The notes under the pieces were generated by a model, which saw only the letters and a program-made list of their open reading frames with translations, did not search any database and was not told the origin of the DNA. From an uncultured delta proteobacterium (GTDB lineage Bacteria; Myxococcota; UBA727; VGSZ01): 64,000 nt of DNA. The position numbers and the translations under genes are program-made. The stretch is taken from assembly GCA_963775425.1 (NCBI GenBank), contig CAVZJB010000005.1, positions 1-64,000 on the forward strand. The letters run 5' to 3'. Below are positions 42,746 through 52,581 of the stretch, piece after piece (position 1 is the first letter of the stretch; every line of letters begins with the position of its first letter).

Positions 42746-45260
42746 ACCGCGAGATGCGCTCGAGCTCCACGAGGGGCTCGTCGGCGCTCTTGCGCGCGGC
42801 GAGGTCCACGACGCCGAAGATGGCCCAGTCGTTGTCGCCGGGCTCGTCGATCAGCACCTGGCGCACGCGCCAGCGGCGCTCGGCCTCCTTGTCGACGACG
42901 GTGAGCGTCGGCTGCCGCGCGGCCACCGAGAACGTCACCTTGCCGTGCTCCGCGAGGAAGGGCGCGAGCTCGGCGGTGAAGCGCGCCTCGTCCCACGCCG
43001 GGTCGCCCTCGCGCACGAGCGACGCCGCCTCGGCGTAGTCGGCGCGCGCCAAGGCTTGCACGAGGCGGTGCATCTCCGCGCGCACGCGGGCCACGAAGAC
43101 GCGCGGGTTGGCGTCGAGGGCCACGGTGAGGTGACCGTGGGTCTCGACCGCCTCGTCGCCGAGCGGCTTGTCCGGCCGCGCGCCGAGCAACGACTCCCAC
43201 TCCTCGACGAGCGACGAGTCGACCCGGGCGATGAGGGCGCGGCACCAGGCCTCGACGTCGACGACGGCGTCGTCCTTGCGCGCCTCCGGCACCGTCTGCA
43301 CCAGCGTCTTGTAGAAGTCGGAGAGGTAGCGAAGCAGAAGACCCTCGCTGCGCTCGAGCCCGTACTCCTTGATGGTGTCGTTGAAGCTCGCGTAGCGCTC
43401 GAGCATGTCGCGCACCACGCTCTTCGGCCGCACGTTGTCGCCCACCCAGGGGTGGCGCTTGGCGAACTCGTTGAACGTCGTGTAGATGAAGTCCTCGAGC
43501 GGCTTGGGCCAGGTGACCTCGTCGAGCTTCTCCTTCAGCTCCTCGTACTCCGTCCCCTGTGCCTTCAGCTCCAGGTAGAGCGCCTGCCGCGCCTTGTCCT
43601 GCTGCTTGAACAGGATCTGCCGCGGGTTCTCGAGGATGCTCTCCACCACGGTGACGACGTCGAGCGCGTACGTCTCCGACGCCGGCTCCAGCAGGAACAG
43701 CGTCTCCACCAGGAACAGCGAGAGCGCCTGGTTGAGCGAGAAGTCCGTTTGGAGCCCCTCCGCGGCCTGCACCGTGCGCCCCTCGACGAGGATGAGGCCG
43801 GCGCCGCGCAGCGCCTGGAACAGCACGCGCGCCCGCTGCAGGTGCTTCTTGCGGGCGGTGTCGCTCTCGTGCGAGAGCTGCACGAGCTCCACGAGCCTGC
43901 GGTAGCCGCCGGCGCCGCTCGACACGAGCAGCGTCATCATCACGCCGTGCCCGATGGTGAAGCGGGACTGGAGCGCTTCGGGCGGACGCTCGACGAGGCG
44001 ATCGAAGGTGTTCTTGTCCCAGCTCACGAAGCCCGCCTCGGGCGCCTTCTTGGCCGGCTTCTTCTTCTTGGTCTCGCCGGCCTTGAAGCGCATCTCGGCG
44101 CGCTTGTTTTCGATGACGTGCTCGGGCGCCTGCACCACCACCGTGCCGCGGTCGTCGAAGCCCTTTCGTCCGGCGCGGCCCGAGATCTGCTTGAAGTCGC
44201 GGGCGGTGAGGATGCCGGTGTGCTCGCCGTCGAACTTGGACAGCTTGGTGAAGAGCACCGTGCGGATCGGGATGTTGACGCCGACGCCGAGGGTGTCGGT
44301 GCCGCAGATGACCTTCAGGTACCCCTGCTGCGCGAGCTGCTCGACGAGGAGCCGGTAGCGCGGCAGCAGCCCGGCGTGGTGCAGGCCGAGGCCGTGGCGC
44401 AGGTACTTCTGGACGTCCTTGCCGTAGGGCGAGTCGAACCTCACCCCGCGCAGCTCCGCGGCGATCTTCTCCTTCACGTCTTTGGAGGTGAAGTTGGCGC
44501 TCATCAACGCCTGCGCCTGCTCCGCCGCCTCGCGCTGCGTGAAGTGCACGACGTACACCGGCGCGCGGTTGGACGACACGAGCTCCTCGATGGTCTCGTG
44601 GATGGGCGTCTCCCGGTATTCGAAGTCGAGCGGCACCGGGCGCTCGCTCGACGTCACCTCGGCCACCGCGCGCCCGCTGCGCCGCTCGAGCGCGCCGGCG
44701 ATGGTGCTCATGTCGCCGAGCGTGGCGGACATCAGGAGGAACTGCGTGTGCGGCATGGCGAGCAACGGCACCTGCCACGCCATCCCGCGGTCCCTGTCGC
44801 CGTAGTAGTGGAACTCGTCCATCACCACGGCCTTGATGCGCTCGGCTTCGCCCTCGAGCGCGAGCTTGGCGAGGATCTCGGCGGTGCAGCACAGGATGGG
44901 CGCGTCCCGGTTGATGGTGGCGTCGCCCGTCATCATGCCGACGTAGGCGGCGCCGAAGTCCTCGCAGAGCGCGAAGAACTTCTCGGAGACGAGCGCCTTG
45001 ATGGGCGCGGTGTAGACGCTGACCGTGCCCTCGCTCATCGCCTTGAAGTGCAGGCCGAGCGCCACCAACGACTTGCCTGAGCCCGTGGGGGTGGAGAGCA
45101 CCACGTGCTTTCCTCCGAGGAGCTCGAGAAGCGCCTCTTCCTGCGCGGGGTACAGCTCGAGGCCCTTGTCGGCGACGCACTCGAGGAACGCGTTCAGGAT
45201 GACGTCGCTGTCGACGGTGCCGGCGGGAGGGAGCTTGTCGAGGACCTTGGGCGCGTTCAC
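42744..45260 (-). CDS. Ski2-like DExH helicase (HelY-like, DUF3516-type C-terminus)
   Basis: TPTGSGKS, PIKAL, DEFHYY, MSAT, HHAG, QISGRAGR; RSEGLLLRYLSD. Confidence 0.92.
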   Translation of the reverse strand: MNAPKVLDKLPPAGTVDSDVILNAFLECVADKGLELYPAQEEALLELLGGKHVVLSTPTGSGKSLVALGLHFKAMSEGTVSVYTAPIKALVSEKFFALCEDFGAAYVGMMTGDATINRDAPILCCTAEILAKLALEGEAERIKAVVMDEFHYYGDRDRGMAWQVPLLAMPHTQFLLMSATLGDMSTIAGALERRSGRAVAEVTSSERPVPLDFEYRETPIHETIEELVSSNRAPVYVVHFTQREAAEQAQALMSANFTSKDVKEKIAAELRGVRFDSPYGKDVQKYLRHGLGLHHAGLLPRYRLLVEQLAQQGYLKVICGTDTLGVGVNIPIRTVLFTKLSKFDGEHTGILTARDFKQISGRAGRKGFDDRGTVVVQAPEHVIENKRAEMRFKAGETKKKKPAKKAPEAGFVSWDKNTFDRLVERPPEALQSRFTIGHGVMMTLLVSSGAGGYRRLVELVQLSHESDTARKKHLQRARVLFQALRGAGLILVEGRTVQAAEGLQTDFSLNQALSLFLVETLFLLEPASETYALDVVTVVESILENPRQILFKQQDKARQALYLELKAQGTEYEELKEKLDEVTWPKPLEDFIYTTFNEFAKRHPWVGDNVRPKSVVRDMLERYASFNDTIKEYGLERSEGLLLRYLSDFYKTLVQTVPEARKDDAVVDVEAWCRALIARVDSSLVEEWESLLGARPDKPLGDEAVETHGHLTVALDANPRVFVARVRAEMHRLVQALARADYAEAASLVREGDPAWDEARFTAELAPFLAEHGKVTFSVAARQPTLTVVDKEAERRWRVRQVLIDEPGDNDWAIFGVVDLAARKSADEPLVELERISR

Positions 45261-46378
45261 GGCCCGGTGCCGTACTCTTTGCTCACCTTCTCCGCGAGCG
45301 CGTCGTTGTAGCGGGCGGCGGCTGCGCGCGCGTCCGGCTCCTTCAGCGTGTGGTCGGTGAGCTCGCCGTCGGTGAACTTGAGCGCGTCAACGAGGAGGAT
45401 GCCGCCGTAGATGGCGGCGCCGGCGCCGATGGCGATGGCGGAGATGGAGAGGGTGCCGCCGAGGCTGCCGTTGCCGTTGTCCTTGGACAGGGCGGGCACG
45501 GAGGTGGTGTCGACGTAGGTGTAATAGGCGACCGGCAGGCCGAGCACGACGAGGCCGGCGCCGCCGCCGACGAGAGCGCCGGGGATGAGCAGGCCGCTCG
45601 GGTTGCGGTTGGTCTCGTAGTTGTCGAGGTCGCGGCGGCCCGTGAGCTCGCGGTACTTCCGCACGAAGGCGTTCTCGCTGTAGCGCTCCTTCTTGTCGCA
45701 GAACCACCACTTGAGGCGGTCGCCCTCGTCGACGCAGATGTCCATGACCTGCTGGTCGTAGACCTCCTTGGCGCGCGCGCCGAGCGCGAGGTTGGGCGTG
45801 GCGCGCAAAGCCGGCAGGCCGCCGGAGGGGCCGATGCTTCCCGTGCCGCGCAGCTTCTGGAAGAGCGGCTGCACCATGGCGTCGATGGCGGGGCCGACCA
45901 GCGCCGGGAGCTGGCTGAGGTCCCGGGCCTCGATGGGCTGACGTCCGACGGCCTCGTTCTTCTGGGCGTCGAAGACGTCGAGGGTGAGGACGATGGTGGA
46001 GCCGAGCTTGCCGGCCTGACCGAAGAACACGAGCTGCGCGCCCATGGCGCCGGCGAGCTCGGCCAGGCACGCACCCTGATCGCAGCCGACGGACTGCTTC
46101 TGCGCTTCGAGATCGACGAGGCGCTTGATGTCCACGCTGCTCATGACGTCGAGCTGCGGGTAGCGCGCGAGGTGCGCGGTGACGAGGCTGGTGAGGGTCT
46201 CCACCTCGCTCGCGGTGAGGTCCTTGGACTTCACATCGAGCACCAGCACCTTCACGCGCTCGTCCGCGTGCGCCGCCGGCGCCGCACCCGCGAGGGCCGC
46301 GGCGAGGAAGAGCCCGAGGATGTGGGGCGCCGTCTTTCCCGGCGCGGCGGAGGGAGCCCTCGTGCGACCAACTGCCAT
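45257..46378 (-). CDS. Exported/membrane hypothetical protein
   Basis: AHA signal cleavage site; VLVLDV..GCDQGACLAELAGAMGA domain; two C-terminal TM helices. Confidence 0.75.
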   Translation of the reverse strand: MAVGRTRAPSAAPGKTAPHILGLFLAAALAGAAPAAHADERVKVLVLDVKSKDLTASEVETLTSLVTAHLARYPQLDVMSSVDIKRLVDLEAQKQSVGCDQGACLAELAGAMGAQLVFFGQAGKLGSTIVLTLDVFDAQKNEAVGRQPIEARDLSQLPALVGPAIDAMVQPLFQKLRGTGSIGPSGGLPALRATPNLALGARAKEVYDQQVMDICVDEGDRLKWWFCDKKERYSENAFVRKYRELTGRRDLDNYETNRNPSGLLIPGALVGGGAGLVVLGLPVAYYTYVDTTSVPALSKDNGNGSLGGTLSISAIAIGAGAAIYGGILLVDALKFTDGELTDHTLKEPDARAAAARYNDALAEKVSKEYGTGP

Positions 46379-46411
46379 GGCGCCGCTTGTAGCCGTCGAG
46401 GGCGGCTCTGG

Positions 46412-47422
46412 CTAGGTGGCGACGACGTAGACGAGCTCGTGGTTGGTGAGGTGCGACACGCTGCCGACCTTCTCGCCGCTCGGGTTGTAGATGCCGATGC
46501 GGGCGCCGACGTAGCGGCGCGACTGCACCTTGATGACGTCGACGCGGCCGCGCTGCTCGAGGAGGCCCTCGAGCGTGCGGCGGTCGATGAAGCCCTCGTC
46601 GTTGAACGACACCACCAGGAGCCGGGCGCGGATGTTGGCGACGACGTCGGCGAGCGCGGCGAGCGCCCGCGGCTTCAGGTTGAAGTCGCTCCGGCGCTCC
46701 TTGCAGTCGACGCGCTTCTGCGCTCGCCCGTAGACCTCGGGCTTGTCCCAGAGAACCAGCGACTCCCAGACGTGGTAGTTGCGCAGGTAGTTGTGCTGGT
46801 TGTACGGCGGGTCGAGGTAGGCGACGTCGGCGTGGAGCTCGCGGGCGGCGTCGGCGGCGTCGAGGCGGTGCGCGGCGCCCGGCCCGTGCGGCGCGCGCGG
46901 CAGCAGCCGCGGCACGCGCAGCGAGAGGTCCTGCAGCGCGCGCGGCGCCCACGCCTTCAGGTAGGCCATCTGCACGCCCACGGTGGAGTCGACGCGGTCG
47001 GCGGCCTCCATCAGGCTCACGAGCACCGCGCTCTCGAGCGCGGGCGGCAGCGCCATCTGCGCGATGCGCTCGCGCATGGCGTCGACGCGCGCGCCGTTTT
47101 TCGGATGAAAGAAACGCGCGTCCTCGCAGAAGGTCTTGGTGAACCACCCGGCGCGGGGCTTCAGCCGCGACAGCTCGTCGAGCACGCGCGTGATGTCGCC
47201 GGCGGCGTCGGCGTCGGCCTCCACGTAGCAGCGCGCGAGGGTGTGGGCGTACGCGTTGTGGTCGTTGGCGTGCACGCGCAGCCCGGCCTCCTTCAGGGCG
47301 AAGGCGACGCGCGCGCTGCCGGAGAACAGGTCGACGGCGGTCTTCGCCCACGGCGCCCGGGTCTTGACGATGTCGAGGAGCAGCGGGACCAGCCGCCGCT
47401 TGCTGCCGATGTACTTGATCAC
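46412..47422 (-). CDS. D12-class DNA adenine methyltransferase (solitary)
   Basis: IKYIGSK, DLFSGS (motif I), YLDPPY (motif IV). Confidence 0.92.
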   Translation of the reverse strand: MIKYIGSKRRLVPLLLDIVKTRAPWAKTAVDLFSGSARVAFALKEAGLRVHANDHNAYAHTLARCYVEADADAAGDITRVLDELSRLKPRAGWFTKTFCEDARFFHPKNGARVDAMRERIAQMALPPALESAVLVSLMEAADRVDSTVGVQMAYLKAWAPRALQDLSLRVPRLLPRAPHGPGAAHRLDAADAARELHADVAYLDPPYNQHNYLRNYHVWESLVLWDKPEVYGRAQKRVDCKERRSDFNLKPRALAALADVVANIRARLLVVSFNDEGFIDRRTLEGLLEQRGRVDVIKVQSRRYVGARIGIYNPSGEKVGSVSHLTNHELVYVVAT

Positions 47423-47500
47423 GCGCGGCCGCCTCTCCCCCGCGCGGGCGGTGGGGGCGCGGCGAGCAGGGGGGCGAGCGGATCTGATACACGTGGGAGC

Positions 47501-47983
47501 ATGAGCCGCGCGGTCCCGTTCGTCGTCGTCATCGCCGTCTTCACCGTGGCCGGCGGGGGGTGTGAGACGACGCGGTCAACCATCGAGATCCCGGCGTGCG
47601 CCGACCGCGTGGAGGTCGAGGGGCAGGCAACGGAGCTGTCTTCCCATCGCTTCGAGCTGGACCATACCTTCGACCTGCCCTTCTCGAGAACCCGCCTGCA
47701 GTTCACCGACGGCGCGAGCCCCGCGCGCACCTTCGACGTCACCGCCACGCAGCCCGATCCGCTGCGGCTGTTCTTCGGCGCCGCCGTCGGCGTCGTCGGC
47801 GGCCTGCTGGTCGGCAGCGCCGTCTACGACGTCGCCAACGGCCGCGGCATCTTCGAGGAGCGCCCGTTCTACGAGACGCTGTGGGGCTCCGGGCTCGTCG
47901 GCCTCGGCCTCGTCGGCATCTCCACGGGGTGGCACCCGCCCCGGCAGGAATTCTCGTTCCCCGACGACGTCTGCCCGGGTTGA
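47501..47983 (+). CDS. Hypothetical lipoprotein with two TM segments
   Basis: GGGAG RBS; signal ending GGGC; GC3-rich codons. Confidence 0.7.
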   Translation: MSRAVPFVVVIAVFTVAGGGCETTRSTIEIPACADRVEVEGQATELSSHRFELDHTFDLPFSRTRLQFTDGASPARTFDVTATQPDPLRLFFGAAVGVVGGLLVGSAVYDVANGRGIFEERPFYETLWGSGLVGLGLVGISTGWHPPRQEFSFPDDVCPG

Positions 47984-48058
47984 TCCCGGCGGCGTGACGA
48001 GCCGGCCCGCCCGGAGCGCTCGGCGCACCGGGCACCAACGTTGCAGTCCACCGCCGCG

Positions 48059-49660
48059 ATGTGGTGGCGGCTGGTCCCGGTGCTCCTCCTGAGTGCGTGC
48101 GTGCACGAGCCTCTGCCGCCGGCTGTGCCAGAACTCCCAATGCCGGCCTCGTTGCGCGAGGCGTTCGAGCAGATCGACGGGGTGGGCGGCCCCTCCGGCG
48201 TGGTCGTGCTCAGCGACAACGCGCAGGCCTGGGCGGCGCGCTGGGAGATGCTCGGTGACGCGCGCCAGCGCATCGACGCCTCCTACTTCATCGTCGCAAA
48301 CGACCTCTTCGGACGCGCCTTCATCGCCCACCTCTACGAGCGCGCGCTCCACGGCGTGAAGGTGCGGCTCCTGGTGGACGGGCGCGGCACGGGACCGCTC
48401 CTGGCGCCGCTGGCCGGCCTCGACGAGATGCAGGAGCTCGTGGCGACGGGCAACGCCACCGTCCGCGTGTACAACCCGCCCCTCACCCGCATCGCCCAGA
48501 CCCTCCTGCAGTTGAGCGCCGTCCCCGTGGCGGCCAGCACGCACGAGAAGATCCTCGTCGTCGACGGCGAGATCGGGCTGTCGGGCGGCCGCAACATCGG
48601 CACGCCGTACTTCACCACGCCCGAGGAGGATCCCAGGGCGTTCATCGACGCCGACGTCCTCGTCAACGGCGAAGACACCGTGCTCGATCTCGAGCGCCAG
48701 GTGAACGACGTCGTCAACGCCGAGCGCCTCCGGCCCGACACCGTCAACGGCATCAGCAGACACGACGAGCTCCTGATGATCTACGGCGCCATGGACGCGT
48801 GGGTGCGGGGCACGGTCCCCGACAAGCCTGCGGCCGATGCCGCGCTTGCCCTCGAGGCCGCGGGGCTGGCACAGCTCCCGCGTTTGCCCGACCAGGCGGT
48901 GCGCGCGAACGTCCGTCCGCTGCTGCGCAAGCTCGCGCAGCTCACCTCCATCTACGGCACCGTGCCCATCGCGGACCTGCACGCCCACGACGCCGACGTC
49001 CGCATCGTGACGTCGCCGGGGCGCGCGGAGGGCAGCATCGAAAACCCCGCCACCGACGCCCTGGTCCGCTGCCTCGACGGCGCGCGCCACCGCGTGCTGT
49101 TCGAGACGCCGTACTTCCTCCTCACGCCGCGGATGCTCTCGGCGATGCGCTTCGCCGCGGACCGCGGCGTCGAGATCGACGTGTTCACCAACAGCCCCAA
49201 CTCGTCCGACAACGATATGTCGCAGGCGCTGTTCATCGACACGTGGCCCAAGCTCGAGGAGCTCGTCCCCACGCTGCGCATCTTCGCCGCCGCCCACAAG
49301 CAGACGCTGCACGGCAAGCGCGCCGCCTTCGACGACGAGCTGTCCACCGTCGGCAGCTACAACCTCGATCCCTTGAGCGCGCACCTCAACAGCGAGCTCA
49401 TCGTGTTTGCCTGGTCGCGCGAGCTGAACGCCGCCACGCGCAAGAGCATCGAGCGGCGAATGACGGACGGTGACGTCGTCGAATACCGCATCCGCAGGGA
49501 CGCCGAGGGACGCGCGGTGCACAACCCGGACGGCAGCGTAGCCGTCGCCTACGGCCCGCGCAGCCACGTCACGCGCAAGCGCATCGAAGACCTCGAGAGC
49601 CTCAAGCACTTCCTTCTCACGCTGCGCGGCATCTGGGACTTCCGGTGGGTGGTCTTTTGA
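48059..49660 (+). CDS. Phospholipase D family lipoprotein (ClsC/YmdC-like)
   Basis: LSAC lipobox; two HKD motifs, HEKILVVD..GGRNI and HGKRAAFD..GSYN. Confidence 0.92.
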   Translation: MWWRLVPVLLLSACVHEPLPPAVPELPMPASLREAFEQIDGVGGPSGVVVLSDNAQAWAARWEMLGDARQRIDASYFIVANDLFGRAFIAHLYERALHGVKVRLLVDGRGTGPLLAPLAGLDEMQELVATGNATVRVYNPPLTRIAQTLLQLSAVPVAASTHEKILVVDGEIGLSGGRNIGTPYFTTPEEDPRAFIDADVLVNGEDTVLDLERQVNDVVNAERLRPDTVNGISRHDELLMIYGAMDAWVRGTVPDKPAADAALALEAAGLAQLPRLPDQAVRANVRPLLRKLAQLTSIYGTVPIADLHAHDADVRIVTSPGRAEGSIENPATDALVRCLDGARHRVLFETPYFLLTPRMLSAMRFAADRGVEIDVFTNSPNSSDNDMSQALFIDTWPKLEELVPTLRIFAAAHKQTLHGKRAAFDDELSTVGSYNLDPLSAHLNSELIVFAWSRELNAATRKSIERRMTDGDVVEYRIRRDAEGRAVHNPDGSVAVAYGPRSHVTRKRIEDLESLKHFLLTLRGIWDFRWVVF

Positions 49661-50868
49661 CCGCCCTCGTGGTGCCCCTGTTGCTCGCCGCCGCCGTGGT
49701 TCACGACCCGGAGGCGCACGAGTGGGACTTCGTCGTGCTGCCCATCGTGTCGGCCAACGTCGACGAGGGCGTGGGCGGCGGCCTGGTCGCCGGGCTCTAC
49801 CACTACAACGGCGGCGTGGAGCCGTTGCGCGACGACCTCTCCGTTCGCCTGTTCGCCACGAGCAAGCTCGTGCAGCGGCACGAGCTGCGCTGGGACGGCC
49901 GCCAGGTGCTCGGCCTGCCGCTGCGGGTGTGGCTGCGCTTCTCGCTCTTTTCGACGGTGACGCTGCCGTATTGCGGGGTCGGCAACGACGTCACCTGCGA
50001 CCTCGCCGACGCAGGGCGCGCCGCGCCGCCGTCACTTCTGCCGGGGAGCCAGAGCTACGACGACTTCGTGCGCCACTACTACGCCATGCGCTACATCCGT
50101 CCCGGCGGTGACACGCTCCTGCGCTGGCGCCTCCTCGAGCACTTCGAGCTGATGGGGGGCTGGCGGCTCAACTGGTACAAGCCCGGCGACTTCACGCACT
50201 ACGGCCCGTACCCGGGCTCCCTGTACGCGCAGCGTTTCCCCAAGGGCGAGCCCGGGGTCTCGAGCGTGTGGCAGGCCGGCTTCATCGTCGACGAGCGGGA
50301 TATCGAGACGGCGCCGACGCGTGGCTACCTCCTCGAGGGCTCGGTGCGGGCGGCGAGCCCGTGGTGGGGCAGCAAGTGGACCTACGAGGGCATCAACACC
50401 GCGCTGTCGACGTACCTCGCGCTCTCGCACGAGCCCGACGTGGTGTTCGCCAACCGCGCCCTCGTCGACATCCTGGACGGCGACGTGCCGACCGCCGAGA
50501 TCGCCGAGACCGGCGGCACCCGTGATCACGCGGCGTTCGGCGGCCAGTGGATCGGACGCGGCGTGCGTGATCACCGCTTCATCGGCAAGGTGAAGATCGT
50601 CGATCAGGCGGAGCTTCGCCGCGACTTCTTCGAGGTCACCATCGCCAACTTCGTCATCGACGTCGGCGGCAGCGTGTTCGTGGACGCGGGTTGGATTGGC
50701 GAGAGCCTCGAGCAGGTCGGCGGCGACCCCTTCCGCATCCTCTACGGCGGCGGCGCCGGCCTGCGCCTGATGTTCCAAAACGCGATCCTCATGCGCGTCG
50801 ACCTCGCCGCCAGCCCGTTCGAGACGCAACAGCCGAGCTTCTACACCCCGGTGGGGTTTCCGTTTTGA
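49657..50868 (+). CDS. Omp85/BamA-like outer-membrane beta-barrel protein
   Basis: TTG start overlapping the upstream TGA; GRGVRDHRF (like RGY..RF), FVDAG, GGGAGLR, MRVDLA, C-terminal Phe. Confidence 0.8.
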   Translation: MTALVVPLLLAAAVVHDPEAHEWDFVVLPIVSANVDEGVGGGLVAGLYHYNGGVEPLRDDLSVRLFATSKLVQRHELRWDGRQVLGLPLRVWLRFSLFSTVTLPYCGVGNDVTCDLADAGRAAPPSLLPGSQSYDDFVRHYYAMRYIRPGGDTLLRWRLLEHFELMGGWRLNWYKPGDFTHYGPYPGSLYAQRFPKGEPGVSSVWQAGFIVDERDIETAPTRGYLLEGSVRAASPWWGSKWTYEGINTALSTYLALSHEPDVVFANRALVDILDGDVPTAEIAETGGTRDHAAFGGQWIGRGVRDHRFIGKVKIVDQAELRRDFFEVTIANFVIDVGGSVFVDAGWIGESLEQVGGDPFRILYGGGAGLRLMFQNAILMRVDLAASPFETQQPSFYTPVGFPF

Positions 50869-51848
50869 CCGCCCTCGTCTCCATCCTGGCGCTCGCTGTG
50901 GGGTTGGCGTCGGCGGAGACCGACCCGTACTACGGCTGGATGCACCCGCCGCGAGACGGGAGCGCCGCCATGAACGCCGCCATCAACAAGGCGCTGCAGG
51001 ACGGCCTGCGCGACGTGAACCGCAACCCGCCGAAGACGTGCAGCGAGGCCGCGCTGGCGATGACGGCGCCGCTGTCGGCGACGGCGGCGTGGTTCTGGGC
51101 CGGCAGCGTGCGCTTCTGGCGCGTGGATCGTTCCCCGCGCACGCGTCACGAGTACCAGGACCGCTACTCGGCGGAGAGCGCCTACCGCTACGCCTCGCTG
51201 TTGCCCTTCGGCAGGTTCGTGCCCTTCGACCCGACGGTGCGCGTGGGGCCGGTGCTCTTCGGCACCGACAAGCTCGGACACTTCTTCACCAACGGCGCCC
51301 GCTACTACCAGCGCTTCCTCGCCGCCAAGAAGGCGGGGGCCACCGACGAAGAGGCCGAGCGGCGGGCGATCCTCCTCGGCGTGGACGAGGAGAACGGCAT
51401 GCTGGGCATGGCCGTGAGCGGGATCTTCTCGTACGCGGACCTCGAGACCAACTACCGCGGCCTGGAGTTCTACCGGGGCGCCTGCGACGCCGGCGGGCTG
51501 TCGCGCGGCGCGGACGGCAAGTGGACGCTCGCGGAGCCCTTCGACATCGCGCGCTTCGTGGACCCGTGCTGGGACGAGGGCTTCTACGCGAGCGGCTTTC
51601 GCGCGCCCGCGCCCATCAAGCGCGCGGTGAGCGAGATGTGCTCGGAGCTGCATACGCGCGCCACGGAGCGCCGGCGCGCCCGCTACAGCACCGATCGCTG
51701 CGCGGCGGAGAACCTCGCCTTCCTCGCGGGGCTCGCACGCGAAAAGAGGATCCCGCCGCAGCTCTCGCTCGACGACATGTGCCCGCGCCCCGGTGACGTC
51801 GCTGGCACCTCGGGCTCAGAGGAGCCCGAAGAGCCAGCGGCGCGCTGA
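50865..51848 (+). CDS. Secreted hypothetical protein with GTDKLGHFF motif
   Basis: TTG start overlapping the upstream TGA; signal peptide ASA-ETD; SYADLETN..G..FY. Confidence 0.75.
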   Translation: MTALVSILALAVGLASAETDPYYGWMHPPRDGSAAMNAAINKALQDGLRDVNRNPPKTCSEAALAMTAPLSATAAWFWAGSVRFWRVDRSPRTRHEYQDRYSAESAYRYASLLPFGRFVPFDPTVRVGPVLFGTDKLGHFFTNGARYYQRFLAAKKAGATDEEAERRAILLGVDEENGMLGMAVSGIFSYADLETNYRGLEFYRGACDAGGLSRGADGKWTLAEPFDIARFVDPCWDEGFYASGFRAPAPIKRAVSEMCSELHTRATERRRARYSTDRCAAENLAFLAGLAREKRIPPQLSLDDMCPRPGDVAGTSGSEEPEEPAAR

Positions 51849-51855
51849 CCCCGCG

Positions 51856-52527
51856 TCAGATGCCGCCGCTGACCGTCAGGTGCCGGTCGCTGACGACGTC
51901 GACGCGCAGCGGTCCCAGGCCGGCGGCGTCGAGCTGCGTACGCACCTCGTCGACGGTGAACGCCGCGTGGAGCGAGGCGCGGAAGTCCGCGCGCAGCACC
52001 TCGGGCTCGCCCTGCGTGTAGGTCTCGACGAGCCGATCGACGTCGTCGGCAGACCCCGGGCGCATCAAATCCATGACGAACACCCGGCAGCCGCCCTGCG
52101 CGGCGGCGCGCGCGGCGCTCTTCACCGCGGCCCAGAGCACGGCGGGATCGTGCAGGTGGTGCAGCAGGCTGTTGGACATCACGACGGCGTACGCGTCGAG
52201 CGGGGGACGGTCGCGCGGCAGGAGCGCCTGCACGAGCGTGACCCGGTCCGTGAGGCCTTCGCGGGCGAGGCGCTCGTGGCCGTAGCGGAGCATGGCGGCG
52301 CTGCCGTCGACGCCGTGGAAGGAGACGCCCGGGAGGCGCTTGGCGACGCGCACCGTGATGTCGGCGGGGCCGCAGCCGAGGTCGAGCACCGGTCCCTCGA
52401 CCGGCGCGGGCACGGCTTTTACGAAGAGCTCCGCGAAGCGCTCGTGCGCGGACGCGAAGTCGGCCTCGGAGTACGCCCGCGCCTGCTCGTCCTCGTCCAT
52501 CAGCTCGGGCTCGACGACACGTTCCAT
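51856..52527 (-). CDS. Class I SAM-dependent methyltransferase
   Basis: MERVVEPELMD, VLDLGCGP, SNSLLHHL, DLMRP. Confidence 0.9.
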   Translation of the reverse strand: MERVVEPELMDEDEQARAYSEADFASAHERFAELFVKAVPAPVEGPVLDLGCGPADITVRVAKRLPGVSFHGVDGSAAMLRYGHERLAREGLTDRVTLVQALLPRDRPPLDAYAVVMSNSLLHHLHDPAVLWAAVKSAARAAAQGGCRVFVMDLMRPGSADDVDRLVETYTQGEPEVLRADFRASLHAAFTVDEVRTQLDAAGLGPLRVDVVSDRHLTVSGGI

Positions 52528-52581
52528 GGCTCACGCTCCCGCGGCGCTTCGCGCGCGATGGCGGTATACCACCGTCGACGC

